A stretch of DNA of 64,000 nt from Nitrospirota bacterium (GTDB lineage Bacteria; Nitrospirota; Thermodesulfovibrionia; SZUA-242). The notes beneath the pieces were generated by a model that saw nothing but the letters and a program-made list of their open reading frames with translations, did not search any database and was not told where the DNA came from. The stretch covers positions 77,948-141,947 of the forward strand of contig JACRHH010000035.1 in the NCBI GenBank assembly GCA_016212095.1, read 5' to 3'. The position numbers and the translations under genes were made by a program. Each line of letters begins with the position of its first letter. The first letter of the stretch is position 1. This document shows positions 9,621 through 19,463 of this stretch, piece after piece.

Positions 9621-11219
9621 TTAGGCCTCCTCGCCCTTCGTTGCAGAGGCCAGCGCTTTCCGCAGGGTGGCATCCTCGACGTCGTCCACTATTTTCACGG
9701 CGCCGATGTCTGTGGGCAGAATAAATTTCAGCTTCTTGCCGACAGCCTTTTTGTCAAGAAGCATTGCGTCCATAAGAGCCTCGGCTCGCATTTCAGATGG
9801 AATGGACGTTGGCAGACCGTAGCTTTTTATCAGCTTTCTTATTGCCGCTGCCTTGTCCTTGCCGGTCAGCTTCATCCTTACGGCCAACTCTGCGGCCACG
9901 CGCATTCCGATGGCAATCGCCTCACCGTGCAGATAACGTGTATAGCCGGTGAGCGTCTCGATCGCGTGACCCACGGTGTGACCGTAATTTAGTATTGCGC
10001 GCACCCCGCCTTCCCGTTCGTCTGCCGCCACCACATCGGCCTTAATCGCGCACGATCTGGCGATGATCCGCTCAAGCATTGGGCCGCGCGACAGGATTTC
10101 GTCGCGATTACGGCCAAGCATGTCGAAAAGCTCGGCATCGCGGATTACGCCGTACTTGATGATCTCGGCCATGCCGGCCCGCATCTCGCGCTCCGGAAGG
10201 GTGGCCAGCACGTCCTGATCCATAATCACAAGCGACGGCTGGAAAAACGCGCCGATCATGTTTTTGCCGAGCGGATGGTTCACGCCGGTCTTTCCGCCAA
10301 CCGAGCTGTCCACCTGCGCAAGAAGCGTTGTCGGAACCTGCACGCACCGGATGCCGCGCATGTAGGTTGCCGCGGCAAAACCGGCCATGTCGCCGATCAC
10401 TCCGCCGCCAAGCGCAACTATCACAGCGCGCCTGTCGAACCGCGCCGAAAGCAGATCGCCCATGATTTTTTGATACCACATCAGATCCTTGTACGACTCG
10501 CCGTCCGGAATGATCACGCGAACCGGCCTGAAGCCGTATTCCGAAATCGCGCGCTCAACCTGCTCTCCGTACAGGGAAAACACGGTCGGATTCGAAATGA
10601 TCGCAACGCCGGTTGGCCTCAGCCCCTTCAGCCTTGCGGCAAGCCCGCCAAGAACGCCCCGCCCTATCATTATGTCGTAGCTTCTGTCGCCCAGTTCAAC
10701 GCGCACTGTCGGTTTCGCCAGCGCCAGACGCGCGGAAATGTCCGAAGCCGCCTCGCCCACGCTTATGAAGCTTGTGTCCATCGTTATGTCGGCCTGAGCG
10801 TAATTGGTTTTGCGAAGCGCCAGAAGCCGCTTGATCTCCTTGAGCGGCTCATCCACGTTCAGGAGCGGGCGGCTTCCGTTTTCGCTCATGGTTCGCCGCA
10901 GGATCACTTCGGGTTCGGTCTTGAGCCAGACGATTATGCCGCTCGACCGGAGCGCCTTCACGTTGGCTGCGTCCTGCATGACCCCGCCGCCGGTTGCCAC
11001 GATCACGCCTCTGCGTAGTGCAACCGCCGCCACAACCTCGCGTTCTATGCCGCGAAAATAGGCCTCGCCGTGCTCCTTGAATATGGCCGGAACGCTACGT
11101 TGCTCGGCTCTGGAAATGATCTCGTCGGTATCGACAAAAGGCATTCCGGTTAACCGGCTTAGTTCCATCCCTATTGATGTCTTGCCGGTTCCCATGAATC
11201 CAACCAGTACGACGTTCAT
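9621..11219 (-). CDS. aroB: Bifunctional shikimate kinase / 3-dehydroquinate synthase (AroK-AroB fusion)
   Basis: N-terminal GFMGTGKT P-loop, ATGGG and RPLL; C-terminal GGGVIGD, PTTLLAQVDSSVGGKTG, LNYGHTVGHAIE. Confidence 0.95.
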   Translation of the reverse strand: MNVVLVGFMGTGKTSIGMELSRLTGMPFVDTDEIISRAEQRSVPAIFKEHGEAYFRGIEREVVAAVALRRGVIVATGGGVMQDAANVKALRSSGIIVWLKTEPEVILRRTMSENGSRPLLNVDEPLKEIKRLLALRKTNYAQADITMDTSFISVGEAASDISARLALAKPTVRVELGDRSYDIMIGRGVLGGLAARLKGLRPTGVAIISNPTVFSLYGEQVERAISEYGFRPVRVIIPDGESYKDLMWYQKIMGDLLSARFDRRAVIVALGGGVIGDMAGFAAATYMRGIRCVQVPTTLLAQVDSSVGGKTGVNHPLGKNMIGAFFQPSLVIMDQDVLATLPEREMRAGMAEIIKYGVIRDAELFDMLGRNRDEILSRGPMLERIIARSCAIKADVVAADEREGGVRAILNYGHTVGHAIETLTGYTRYLHGEAIAIGMRVAAELAVRMKLTGKDKAAAIRKLIKSYGLPTSIPSEMRAEALMDAMLLDKKAVGKKLKFILPTDIGAVKIVDDVEDATLRKALASATKGEEA

Positions 11220-11235
11220 CTGTCTGCTCCCCTTG

Positions 11236-12417
11236 CTATCTTGTCTTTATGTAATCGAGCCAGCCGCGAAGATTGCGCGAAATCTCTGCCATGGAATCGC
11301 CGCCGAATTTCACAAGCATCTCATCCGCAAGCACCAGCGCAACCATAGCCTCGCAGACAACCGCCGCGGCTGGAACCGCGCAGACGTCGGATCGTTCATA
11401 CGCCGCCGAAACCGGCTCATGCGTAGCCATGTCAACCGATGCAAGCGGATGGCGCTGCGTCGGGATCGGCTTCATGGCGGCGCGCAGAACTATCGGCATT
11501 CCGTTTGACATGCCGCCCTCGATACCGCCGCTCCTGTTGGTTCCGCGACTGTAACCTTCAGCGCCGTAAAAAATCTCGTCCATCACCTCCGGGCCGGGCC
11601 GTCGTCCGGCCTCGAATCCGATGCCGACCTCAACGCCCTTTATTGCCTGAACGCCCATGAGCGCGGCGGCGAGGCGGGAGTTCAGGCGCTTGTCCCATTG
11701 CGTGAAGTCGCCAAGCCCAAGCGGAACGCCTGTTGCCACGACATCGAAAATGCCGCCAAGCGAGTAGCCGCCCTCGATGGCACGGTCTATCTCGCGGCGC
11801 ATGGCATTAGCCGCAGCCTCGTCAGGACATCTGACATCCGAGTTTTCCGCCCGCTCGAACATCGCGGCGATGTCCGATGTGTCGAACGATTGATCCATAT
11901 GTTGATCAATATGTGCCGGGCCGATTCCGCGAACGAAGCTCGTTACCCTTATGCCGAACTCATCAAGGAAACGCTTGGCTATCGCGCCAAGCGCAACGCG
12001 CATCGCGGTTTCGCGCGCACTTGAGCGTTCAAGCACGTTTCGGGCGTCTGCATGGTCGTACTTTATCGCGCCCACAAGATCGGCATGGCCGGGGCGCGGC
12101 CTGGTAACCGCCGGAATCGATCCGGCGCTGGTCTCGTCAGCCGACATGCCCTGCTCCCAGTTTGCCCAGTCTCGGTTTTCGATCAGAAGCGCTACCGGGC
12201 TTCCAAGGGTTTTGCCCCATCGAACTCCTGAAAGAATGCGGGCGGCGTCGGTCTCGATCTTCATGCGCCCGCCGCGTCCATAGCCCTTTTGCCTTCGCGC
12301 AAGGTCGCGGTTTATGTCGTCAGCGGACAGGTTTAAATTGGATGGAATGCCCTCGATCACGCCGCATAGCGCGGGGCCGTGGGATTCGCCGGTGGTTGTG
12401 AAGCGGAGTTTTGTCAT
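11236..12417 (-). CDS. aroC: Chorismate synthase
   Basis: GESHG, RPGHAD, ERSSARET, GGIEGGMSNG, ERSDVC. Confidence 0.97.
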   Translation of the reverse strand: MTKLRFTTTGESHGPALCGVIEGIPSNLNLSADDINRDLARRQKGYGRGGRMKIETDAARILSGVRWGKTLGSPVALLIENRDWANWEQGMSADETSAGSIPAVTRPRPGHADLVGAIKYDHADARNVLERSSARETAMRVALGAIAKRFLDEFGIRVTSFVRGIGPAHIDQHMDQSFDTSDIAAMFERAENSDVRCPDEAAANAMRREIDRAIEGGYSLGGIFDVVATGVPLGLGDFTQWDKRLNSRLAAALMGVQAIKGVEVGIGFEAGRRPGPEVMDEIFYGAEGYSRGTNRSGGIEGGMSNGMPIVLRAAMKPIPTQRHPLASVDMATHEPVSAAYERSDVCAVPAAAVVCEAMVALVLADEMLVKFGGDSMAEISRNLRGWLDYIKTR

Positions 12418-12444
12418 TGTTATATATCCTCGGCCCCTAGATCA

Positions 12445-12663
12445 TCAGGCGGCAAGCAATTGACGCGAAACCGGAAGCCTGTTTAGCACCAGCTCGTTTA
12501 GAACAAGTTTGCTGCTTGCGTTGTCGATGTCAATTCCAACAATGCCTCCGCCCTCGTCATAATCGATTACAACTCCCGGTGAAATCTCCACGCTTTCGGC
12601 GCTCGGCCTGTCGGCAAGATCGATATAGAGCGAGTCTGTGTCTGAATAGTAGTTAAGTTTCAT
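12445..12663 (-). CDS. DUF2283-like small protein (putative antitoxin)
   Basis: MKLNYYSDTDSLYIDL...DYDEGGGIVGIDI pattern; ATGA-coupled to upstream gene. Confidence 0.8.
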   Translation of the reverse strand: MKLNYYSDTDSLYIDLADRPSAESVEISPGVVIDYDEGGGIVGIDIDNASSKLVLNELVLNRLPVSRQLLAA

Positions 12664-12902
12664 GGCCTGAATCCTCTATCCGGAAATGCGTTATGTATTG
12701 TGAGCTTGTCATCCAATGTCACAACCCGTAGATACCTGTCGCCCAGCTCCGGCACAATGCCCCAGAAGCGAAACCGGTTGTGCTCCTGCGGTTCAAATTT
12801 AACCGGATTTTCGATGACAGCGATACACCATTCTATCTTGAGATAGGGACGCTTGCGCAAAACCTCATTTTCAAAGTAAGGTGTGAATCGGTATTTGTCC
12901 AT
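12660..12902 (-). CDS. Small RelE/BrnT-like (DUF4258-like) putative toxin
   Basis: 80 aa, ends RYLRVVTL...IHNAFPDRGF; typical partner of DUF2283 proteins. Confidence 0.65.
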   Translation of the reverse strand: MDKYRFTPYFENEVLRKRPYLKIEWCIAVIENPVKFEPQEHNRFRFWGIVPELGDRYLRVVTLDDKLTIHNAFPDRGFRP

Positions 12903-12920
12903 TGGATTAAGGGCTGCGAA

Positions 12921-12929
12921 ATTATAACA
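12921..12929 (-). promoter_or_regulatory. Extended -10 promoter element TGTTATAAT
   Basis: Exact TGnTATAAT about 19 nt upstream of the ATG at 12902. Confidence 0.55.
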
Positions 12930-12963
12930 AAAACCCCGGCTCCGGGGGGCCGGAACCGGGGCT
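12929..12963 (-). terminator. Rho-independent terminator of the pil/Ig-lipoprotein operon
   Basis: Minus strand AGCCCCGGTTCCGG-cccc-CCGGAGCCGGGG followed by TTTTT. Confidence 0.75.
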
Positions 12964-12999
12964 GTCGATTGTTTAGGTGTATTCGGTCAGCCGCAGCCT

Positions 13000-15465
13000 T
13001 TAATTAACGGTTCCTGAAAAGGCAGCCACATAGTCGGCGCCTTCCCAGGTAACCTTGATACTGATATTGGAAATCTCGGCCTTTATAGTCGATGAGTCGG
13101 AATCCGACAGGATGAAATTGATTTCTTCAGGCCCTGGATGGAACTCGTTTATCATCTTGATGGATGATACGCCGTCCGGGCTGACCTTGCCTTTATCGGC
13201 GCTAATGGCGATTGTCGTATCCGGTGTAAGTCTGTTGAGGTTTACATCGGATACGATAAGCTTGAACAGGGCGGAACCGCCGTTTGCGATATTGAAAGTA
13301 GTGAATGGTTCAAAAGTGCCGTTCCCGGTATTATACTTGCTCAGCATGATATACGCCGGTGGCCCGGTGACAAGAATGTGTTGGGCGTCGAACAGCGCCT
13401 TTGATGAATCCCATGTGCCATTGGCCCCATCCCACGATCCATTTTTGTTTTTGTCGATATAGATTTCGAAAGGATCGACGCCGGTTCCGTCTTCACGCGT
13501 TCCGCTGTCGTTTGCATCGATGTACGGCTCTTGATATGTGTCTGAGAATGGCTCCCCCGAATCAAAGATGCCGTTTCCGTTTTGGTCGCTGAAGGCCTCT
13601 TCCCCCATGACGGACGCTACTATTGTGGCTACGCCTATTCTGGGGTGAAGCGTGGTGTCTATGCCATACTCGTTCTTGACCCGTGCAAGCAGCGCGGCTT
13701 CCGTCTCGCCGCGATCAAGGAAGTTGCTTCCGGTATCGAGGGCAACCGTAGCGGGCAGTGGATTCTGCTCACGCCACTTGACGGTTGCCTTTCCTTCCGC
13801 GTCCAGGGTTACACTGCTTGTGGCTGTCGCGCCCGCCTCTGCGTAGAAAGAAACCGTTGTGCCTTCGAGAACGTTCGCATTACCGAACCGATCGGCCATC
13901 CATACCGTAATTGAGGTTTCTTCCCCGTTGAAATCCAGACCGCGAATATTTAGAAATTCCGATGCCATCGTAAAATGGCTTGCATTTGGAATGCCGCCGC
14001 CGATTGATATTACAGGTGTTGATGATGCCAATCCCTTGCCTCTTACCGTGGCCATGATGGTGGCGTTACCGGCAACCTTGCCGCTGTGCAGTATCACCGT
14101 GGCTACTCCCGTCGATGAAGCGCCTGCCGCATACATCGGGCTGTCGTAGACTGCATTCCCGTTTGCGTCAGTATAGGTTTCGCCGTAGTCGTAGCAGCCG
14201 TTTCCATTTGCATCCGTGTATGTCTCAATTGCGCTGTTGTAGGTGTTTCCCAGATATTCGCCGCCTGCTGACGGCAAGCGTCCGCCGGATGGCCCGGCAA
14301 GGCAGTAATCTACGGTAACTGTTCCGTCGAGCACAGGATTTCCGTTTGCGTCCTTGACAAGGAAGGTAACGGTACTGTCTTCAGGTTTGCCCGATGATTT
14401 GATGCCGATACTGGCTGGCGTGGCCGATGTGAAAGTAATGCTTCCGGCCTCCACCGCATTTATTGTGATGTCAACGCTTTTGCTTATATCTCCGGCTGTT
14501 GCGGTAATGGTTTCGACGCCAACCTTGGTAAGGGCGGCGGTGAACGTGGCGGTGGCCTTGCCGTTCGATGTCGTGGCGTCTGTTGCGCTTATCGTTCCCA
14601 ACGTGCTTTCGCTCAACGCGAATTTAACGGCCGTGCCGTCGGGCATGTTCGCGCTGTTTTTGTCCAGAATTGTGGCGGATATCGAAGAGGTTGCCCCAAC
14701 AACCAGGGTTGCCGGCTGTGCCGATAACGTAACCGACGTCACTCCGGTAATCGTTACGTCTACCGTGCCGCTTTTGCCGCCAGCCGTTGCTGTCACCGTG
14801 ACAGTGCCAACCTTTGTTTTGGATGCCGTGAATGTGGCGGTTGCCGTGCCGCTGCTAGTGGATGTGGTGGCCGGTGTGATCGCTCCAAGCGTTGAATCGC
14901 TTATGGCGAAAGTGACCGACGTGCCATCCGGCATGTTTGCGTTATTTTGATCTTTTATTGTTGCGGTGATTGTGGAGGTCTGCCCGACCACTATGGATGT
15001 TGACGACGCCGTGGTGGTTACGGTTGTCACCGTCTGCCCTCCGCCAGCGCCGATTGCAACCTGCACAGTTCCCGTCTTGCCGCCCGCTGTCGCGGTAATC
15101 GTCACCGTACCGATTTTGGTTGCAGAAGCAGTAAACGTAACTGCGGCAAGGCCCGATGATGTAGTCGCGGAACTTGCCGACAGACTTCCAAAACTGCTGT
15201 CATCCATAGAAAATGCTACTTGCGTGCCGTTTGCAATAGCGTTATTGTTGGCATCAACAACCGTGGCGGATATGGCGGAAGTTGCGCTGTTTGTAACAGT
15301 GGTGGGATTGGCGGTTAAAGTTATTTTGGCAACCGTAGAGGAGAGACCTCCCCCCCCGCCTGCCGCTGACGGAGATGTTGTCTTTCCGCAGGAGGATATT
15401 AACGACACCACCGAAAACACGATGAATACGTTAAGTACGCCCTTAATGAGCCGCTTAATTATCAT
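13000..15465 (-). CDS. Invasin/intimin-like multi-Ig (Big_1-like) lipoprotein with Ca-binding-type motifs
   Basis: Lipobox ISSC; three Thr-rich ~97-aa Ig repeats (ATxxDxNxxxxxxGTxVxF); DANGNG, DQNGNG, DKNKNG motifs. Confidence 0.82.
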   Translation of the reverse strand: MIIKRLIKGVLNVFIVFSVVSLISSCGKTTSPSAAGGGGGLSSTVAKITLTANPTTVTNSATSAISATVVDANNNAIANGTQVAFSMDDSSFGSLSASSATTSSGLAAVTFTASATKIGTVTITATAGGKTGTVQVAIGAGGGQTVTTVTTTASSTSIVVGQTSTITATIKDQNNANMPDGTSVTFAISDSTLGAITPATTSTSSGTATATFTASKTKVGTVTVTATAGGKSGTVDVTITGVTSVTLSAQPATLVVGATSSISATILDKNSANMPDGTAVKFALSESTLGTISATDATTSNGKATATFTAALTKVGVETITATAGDISKSVDITINAVEAGSITFTSATPASIGIKSSGKPEDSTVTFLVKDANGNPVLDGTVTVDYCLAGPSGGRLPSAGGEYLGNTYNSAIETYTDANGNGCYDYGETYTDANGNAVYDSPMYAAGASSTGVATVILHSGKVAGNATIMATVRGKGLASSTPVISIGGGIPNASHFTMASEFLNIRGLDFNGEETSITVWMADRFGNANVLEGTTVSFYAEAGATATSSVTLDAEGKATVKWREQNPLPATVALDTGSNFLDRGETEAALLARVKNEYGIDTTLHPRIGVATIVASVMGEEAFSDQNGNGIFDSGEPFSDTYQEPYIDANDSGTREDGTGVDPFEIYIDKNKNGSWDGANGTWDSSKALFDAQHILVTGPPAYIMLSKYNTGNGTFEPFTTFNIANGGSALFKLIVSDVNLNRLTPDTTIAISADKGKVSPDGVSSIKMINEFHPGPEEINFILSDSDSSTIKAEISNISIKVTWEGADYVAAFSGTVN

Positions 15466-15487
15466 GGCAATAATCCTTTAGCATGAC

Positions 15488-15919
15488 CTACTTCACTTCA
15501 ATCGTCGCCGAGGCGCTTGCCGACGCTGATGTGGCCCACAAATCGAATTTATATTTTGCACCGCCGCCATGAACCATCAGAAGACGCACCGTATATGTGC
15601 CTGTGTCGTCGGTTGTAACCGTAACCGGTTCCGAAAGGAGAACATTGCCGGTAGTCATGAGTTGAACAAGCCCCCATTGCTGGCCTCTGGCGGATATGAC
15701 AACATCCACATTGTTCATCAGCAGCCCGTCCTTGTTCTTTACCGTAATCGTGAAGTCCTTGCTCGAACTGCTTGCGGTAAGACTTGCATCCTCAATGGAA
15801 TCGGATGGCGGTGAAATAGTTATAGTTGCACCCGATGGCGCCGTGTTGTCACCGCATCCGCCGAGCATGGCGGATATGGCCAGCATCGCGGCAATGGCAA
15901 TTGTCTGAATACGTCTCAT
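15488..15919 (-). CDS. Small Ig-like lipoprotein translationally coupled to pilQ
   Basis: MRRIQTIAIAAMLAISAMLGGC lipobox; ATG at 15919 overlaps the pilQ stop (ATGA). Confidence 0.75.
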   Translation of the reverse strand: MRRIQTIAIAAMLAISAMLGGCGDNTAPSGATITISPPSDSIEDASLTASSSSKDFTITVKNKDGLLMNNVDVVISARGQQWGLVQLMTTGNVLLSEPVTVTTDDTGTYTVRLLMVHGGGAKYKFDLWATSASASASATIEVK

Positions 15920-18270
15920 AGCGCCGCCTTCTCCTTCACAATTCTGGGTGTTATGAATATCAGCAGTTCGTTGACTTCGTCGCTCCTGGATTTGGATTTG
16001 AACAGCCATCCCACGCCGGGCAGATCGCCCAGAACCGGAATCTTGGTCACGGCGTCGGTGTTGTCCTTCGTGTAGATGCCGCCGATAACGATGGTCTTGC
16101 CGTCTTTAACCAGCGTCTTGGTCTTGATCTCGTTCACGTCGATGCTGACGCCGTCGGGGGTTGTCACGCCGATGGCGTTGCGCGTGGCGGTAAGCGTAAG
16201 CTGAATGAATCCGCCGGGCGTGATTTCGGGCTTCACCTTCAGGCTGAGCGTGGCGTCAACGAATTCCGTTTTGGTGCCCTCCTGCGAGGTGGTTTTAAAC
16301 GGAACCTTCGTGCCCTGCTTCACCTCGGCCTCTTCCCTGTCCATCGTCATTATGCGCGGATTGGAAAGCGTGCGGCCCTCGTTGTTCGTCTCGATCGCGG
16401 CCAGTTTCATGTTGAGCGTGAGCGCGTCGGCCACGCTTCCGATGTCCAGAGACATCGATGGCTTTGCCGAGCCCAGTCCCACGTTTGTGGCAAGGCTGCC
16501 GGACATTCTGTTTGGAAACTGCATTCCAACCGGATTGCCGTGCGCCGCATCCATCGCGAAAGTTCCAGACCAGTCGATACCGATGGTCTTGGAGACGTTT
16601 GTCTTGACCGTGACCATTCGCGCCTCGATAAGAACCTGCGGCTTGGCGATGTCCATTATCTTCACAAGATCGGCCACGCGGTTCAGGCTGTCCTCGGTGT
16701 CCTGAACAATAAGCGTGTTCATGCGCGAGTCGATCGTGATCTTGCCGCGCGGCGTAAGGATGCTGCTGTCCGTAACCGCTTTCCGGATCGCCTCGGCATC
16801 GGCGTAGTTGACCGGCACGATGCGCTGGTAGAGGTCTTCAGCCTTTGCTTTTGCCTCACGCGCCTTGCTTATCTCCTCGTTCTCCTTCGCGAAGGCCGCG
16901 GCTGGGGCGATGCGCATGATGTTGCCCTCGATGGACTTGCCGTGTCCGGTGAGCTTCAGGACTATGTCCAGAGCCTGCCCCCACGGCACGTTCTTGAGCT
17001 TGAGGTTCGGGATTCTGCCGCTAACATCCGAATGCACGACAAGATTCAGGCCGCCGACATCGGCAAGAAGCCTGTATATCTGAACAACGTCGGCATCCTG
17101 AAAGTCCAGAGAAATCTTCTGCTCGCCGTTTTCGGCGGCGGCATATGCAACCTGCGATGGAGGCTGTGTTGCTGCAACTGCAACCGGCGCTTGACCGGTC
17201 TCCGGAGCGGTCTGTTTATCGGCCATCGCGGGTGGAGCCGCCATGGAGACAGTAATTCCGGAAGCTGATCTGGAAACAGAGTAAGCCGCATCCTGTGAAA
17301 GATCGATCACAACGCGAGCCCTGTTCTTGTGGCGTCCGATCCGGACAGCCTTGACAGGCGCGGACACAGCCGGAACCGGTTCCTCCGGAATCGAGACGCC
17401 CGGAACATCGATCACGATGCGCCGCTTGTCGATGTCGAACACCTCCGGCGCAACATCCGCACCCGTGGCGATGTTTACATGAACACGCCCGCCCGATGCG
17501 CTGACCGAGACGCCGGGCTTGACGCCGGCAACGGCGGCAGGTGTATCAGTGGCAGGTTGCGGCTGTTTTGCTGCCGGTTCCTGGGCAACCGCCGCCTTGG
17601 CCTTTGGTGTGGTATCGGTTGGAACGATGTAGCTTTCGACCGGCACCGCCGCAATCGGCGCTGTTGGCGGCACCGGTGTAGCCGGTGTTGGCGGCACCGC
17701 CGAAATCGTCGGCGTCGGCGTAACCGGAGTAATTGGCGGCTGGGCCGCCGCAACAACCACGGGTTTCGCAGGCTCAACCGGCTCAGTCGGTTTCGGTGCC
17801 GGCTGAATGGCTGGCGGAATAACTGGCGCGGCGGTTGTCTCGACATTCTCCGCGAACATTCTGCTTCGCGGCACTTCAAGAATCAGCCTGTTGCCGTCCA
17901 CCCTCGGATTGATCTCGACAGGCGCTGCAAGCCCGATCTCAAGGCGGGCCATGCGCGAGGGAGTTTCGATCTGGCTTGGAATTATCTCGTAAATAGAATC
18001 TTTATCGACGACAATGCGTTCGGTGTGACCGCCAAGATCGGCGCCGCTCAACTCAACGACAGCCCTGAAAGGGTCTGCCGGCTTGTAGATGGTGAAGATA
18101 AGCGGTTTGTCGGCATCGATCTCTATGCGCTGCATTTCACCCGCGTCGCTGACATTGATGCTGTTGATCCTGATGCTCCAGTCCGCCGCGTAAGCCGCGC
18201 CGACTGTTGCCGCCAGTGTGGCTGCGGCAAGCGCAAGGAACAAGTAAGTCCGGCGAAACCCCTTCCTCAT
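15916..18270 (-). CDS. pilQ: Type IV pilus secretin PilQ (AMIN domains, Pro-rich linker)
   Basis: KISLDFQDAD, VPWGQALD, QVLIEARMV, KIPVLGDLPGVGWLFKS, ELLIFITPRIV. Confidence 0.95.
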   Translation of the reverse strand: MRKGFRRTYLFLALAAATLAATVGAAYAADWSIRINSINVSDAGEMQRIEIDADKPLIFTIYKPADPFRAVVELSGADLGGHTERIVVDKDSIYEIIPSQIETPSRMARLEIGLAAPVEINPRVDGNRLILEVPRSRMFAENVETTAAPVIPPAIQPAPKPTEPVEPAKPVVVAAAQPPITPVTPTPTISAVPPTPATPVPPTAPIAAVPVESYIVPTDTTPKAKAAVAQEPAAKQPQPATDTPAAVAGVKPGVSVSASGGRVHVNIATGADVAPEVFDIDKRRIVIDVPGVSIPEEPVPAVSAPVKAVRIGRHKNRARVVIDLSQDAAYSVSRSASGITVSMAAPPAMADKQTAPETGQAPVAVAATQPPSQVAYAAAENGEQKISLDFQDADVVQIYRLLADVGGLNLVVHSDVSGRIPNLKLKNVPWGQALDIVLKLTGHGKSIEGNIMRIAPAAAFAKENEEISKAREAKAKAEDLYQRIVPVNYADAEAIRKAVTDSSILTPRGKITIDSRMNTLIVQDTEDSLNRVADLVKIMDIAKPQVLIEARMVTVKTNVSKTIGIDWSGTFAMDAAHGNPVGMQFPNRMSGSLATNVGLGSAKPSMSLDIGSVADALTLNMKLAAIETNNEGRTLSNPRIMTMDREEAEVKQGTKVPFKTTSQEGTKTEFVDATLSLKVKPEITPGGFIQLTLTATRNAIGVTTPDGVSIDVNEIKTKTLVKDGKTIVIGGIYTKDNTDAVTKIPVLGDLPGVGWLFKSKSRSDEVNELLIFITPRIVKEKAAL

Positions 18271-18806
18271 CTCTCCTCCTCCTTCCGGAGTTCCATATAC
18301 GCAGTCTGCGGACTGACCTCGCCCCTGTAATTTGCAATCATCTCGGTCACCTGTATCTTGTCTGGCTGTATTTTCACGATTCTGCCGTTGTTGATGCCAA
18401 TTTTCGCGCCCTCCCTCACGGTAAACCCCTTGCCGTCAGGGGTTGTTATCATCGCCATGTTGCCCGAAGGTGAAAGCACAATGCCGATGACCTTCAGGCT
18501 TGCTATGTCGAAGCCCTCAAGCGGAGGCACGCCGCTTCGCCGTTCCTTCTTCTGAAGATCGATGTCCTTGCCGGTCTTGAGCAGGCTCTTGAACGGGTCG
18601 CGCGCGCCCGGCATGTACGCGATGATCTCGCGCGGCTTCCCCTCTTTCGTTGAAGGATCGAACTTGGGCGCGGGTGCGGATGTCCCCGTGGGCTGGGCCA
18701 CTGGCTGCGCGGCCTTTTTTTCCTTGCAACCGGGCATTGCCGTAATCGACGCCAGAATCATGGCGGAGAGCATGAACGCATGGAGGTTGGTAGCGCCGGT
18801 TCTCAT
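18267..18806 (-). CDS. pilP: Type IV pilus lipoprotein PilP
   Basis: Lipoprotein Cys, RDPF, PLEGFDIASLKVIGI, IGINNGRI; operon position. Confidence 0.9.
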   Translation of the reverse strand: MRTGATNLHAFMLSAMILASITAMPGCKEKKAAQPVAQPTGTSAPAPKFDPSTKEGKPREIIAYMPGARDPFKSLLKTGKDIDLQKKERRSGVPPLEGFDIASLKVIGIVLSPSGNMAMITTPDGKGFTVREGAKIGINNGRIVKIQPDKIQVTEMIANYRGEVSPQTAYMELRKEEER

Positions 18807-19456
18807 TGTTTTGCCTGCGGCGCGGCGGAAGCGCCCGCTCCGGACGCATCGACAGTCTTCTGGGCGGCGATGGATGTGAAGGCTGTTGCCGTGAATGCAA
18901 CGTTCAGCCGCTCGTGCTTGTCGGTTGCGCCCTTGCTTCCGGTAATCTTTATGCCCGAAACATTCACAATTCTGGTCATGGAACTTATACCGCTGAAGAA
19001 TTCTCCAAGATTATGAAACCCGCCCAGCACGCGAACCGAAACCGGTATCTCATCGTACAGGCCGCTGCTGCCGGCGCGTTTCGACTCCGGCTTCCACTCC
19101 AGTATGTCGAGGCCGGAGGCCATGCCCCTGTCCGAAATCTGGCGAAGAAGCCCGGAAACTTCCCGCTCTTCGGGAAGCTTCTCCTGCAACTCCTTGAGCT
19201 TGGCCTTCAGCCATTCATTCTCGGCCTTTAGAACCTCCAGCTTGCCGGCCTTGGTCTCGTTCGTGCGGATCTTGTTTTCCTGCTCGCCTATTTCGGCAAG
19301 CAAACGATCAAGCTGCTTGCTTTTCGGCTCGTAATCCATGATGTAGAAGGCGATGCCGGCGGCAACAGGCAGCAGGAATACAATGAGCAAGCGAGCCCAT
19401 TTCGGCGTCTTGTTCAGGTCGATCTTGATGTTTGTCTTGAATTCGAAACCGGCCAT
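18803..19456 (-). CDS. pilO: Type IV pilus alignment protein PilO
   Basis: TM plus coiled coil, LPEEREVSGLL, GFHNLGEFF, RIVNV; start moved to ATG 19456. Confidence 0.9.
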   Translation of the reverse strand: MAGFEFKTNIKIDLNKTPKWARLLIVFLLPVAAGIAFYIMDYEPKSKQLDRLLAEIGEQENKIRTNETKAGKLEVLKAENEWLKAKLKELQEKLPEEREVSGLLRQISDRGMASGLDILEWKPESKRAGSSGLYDEIPVSVRVLGGFHNLGEFFSGISSMTRIVNVSGIKITGSKGATDKHERLNVAFTATAFTSIAAQKTVDASGAGASAAPQAKQ

Positions 19457-19463
19457 TGTTCCC

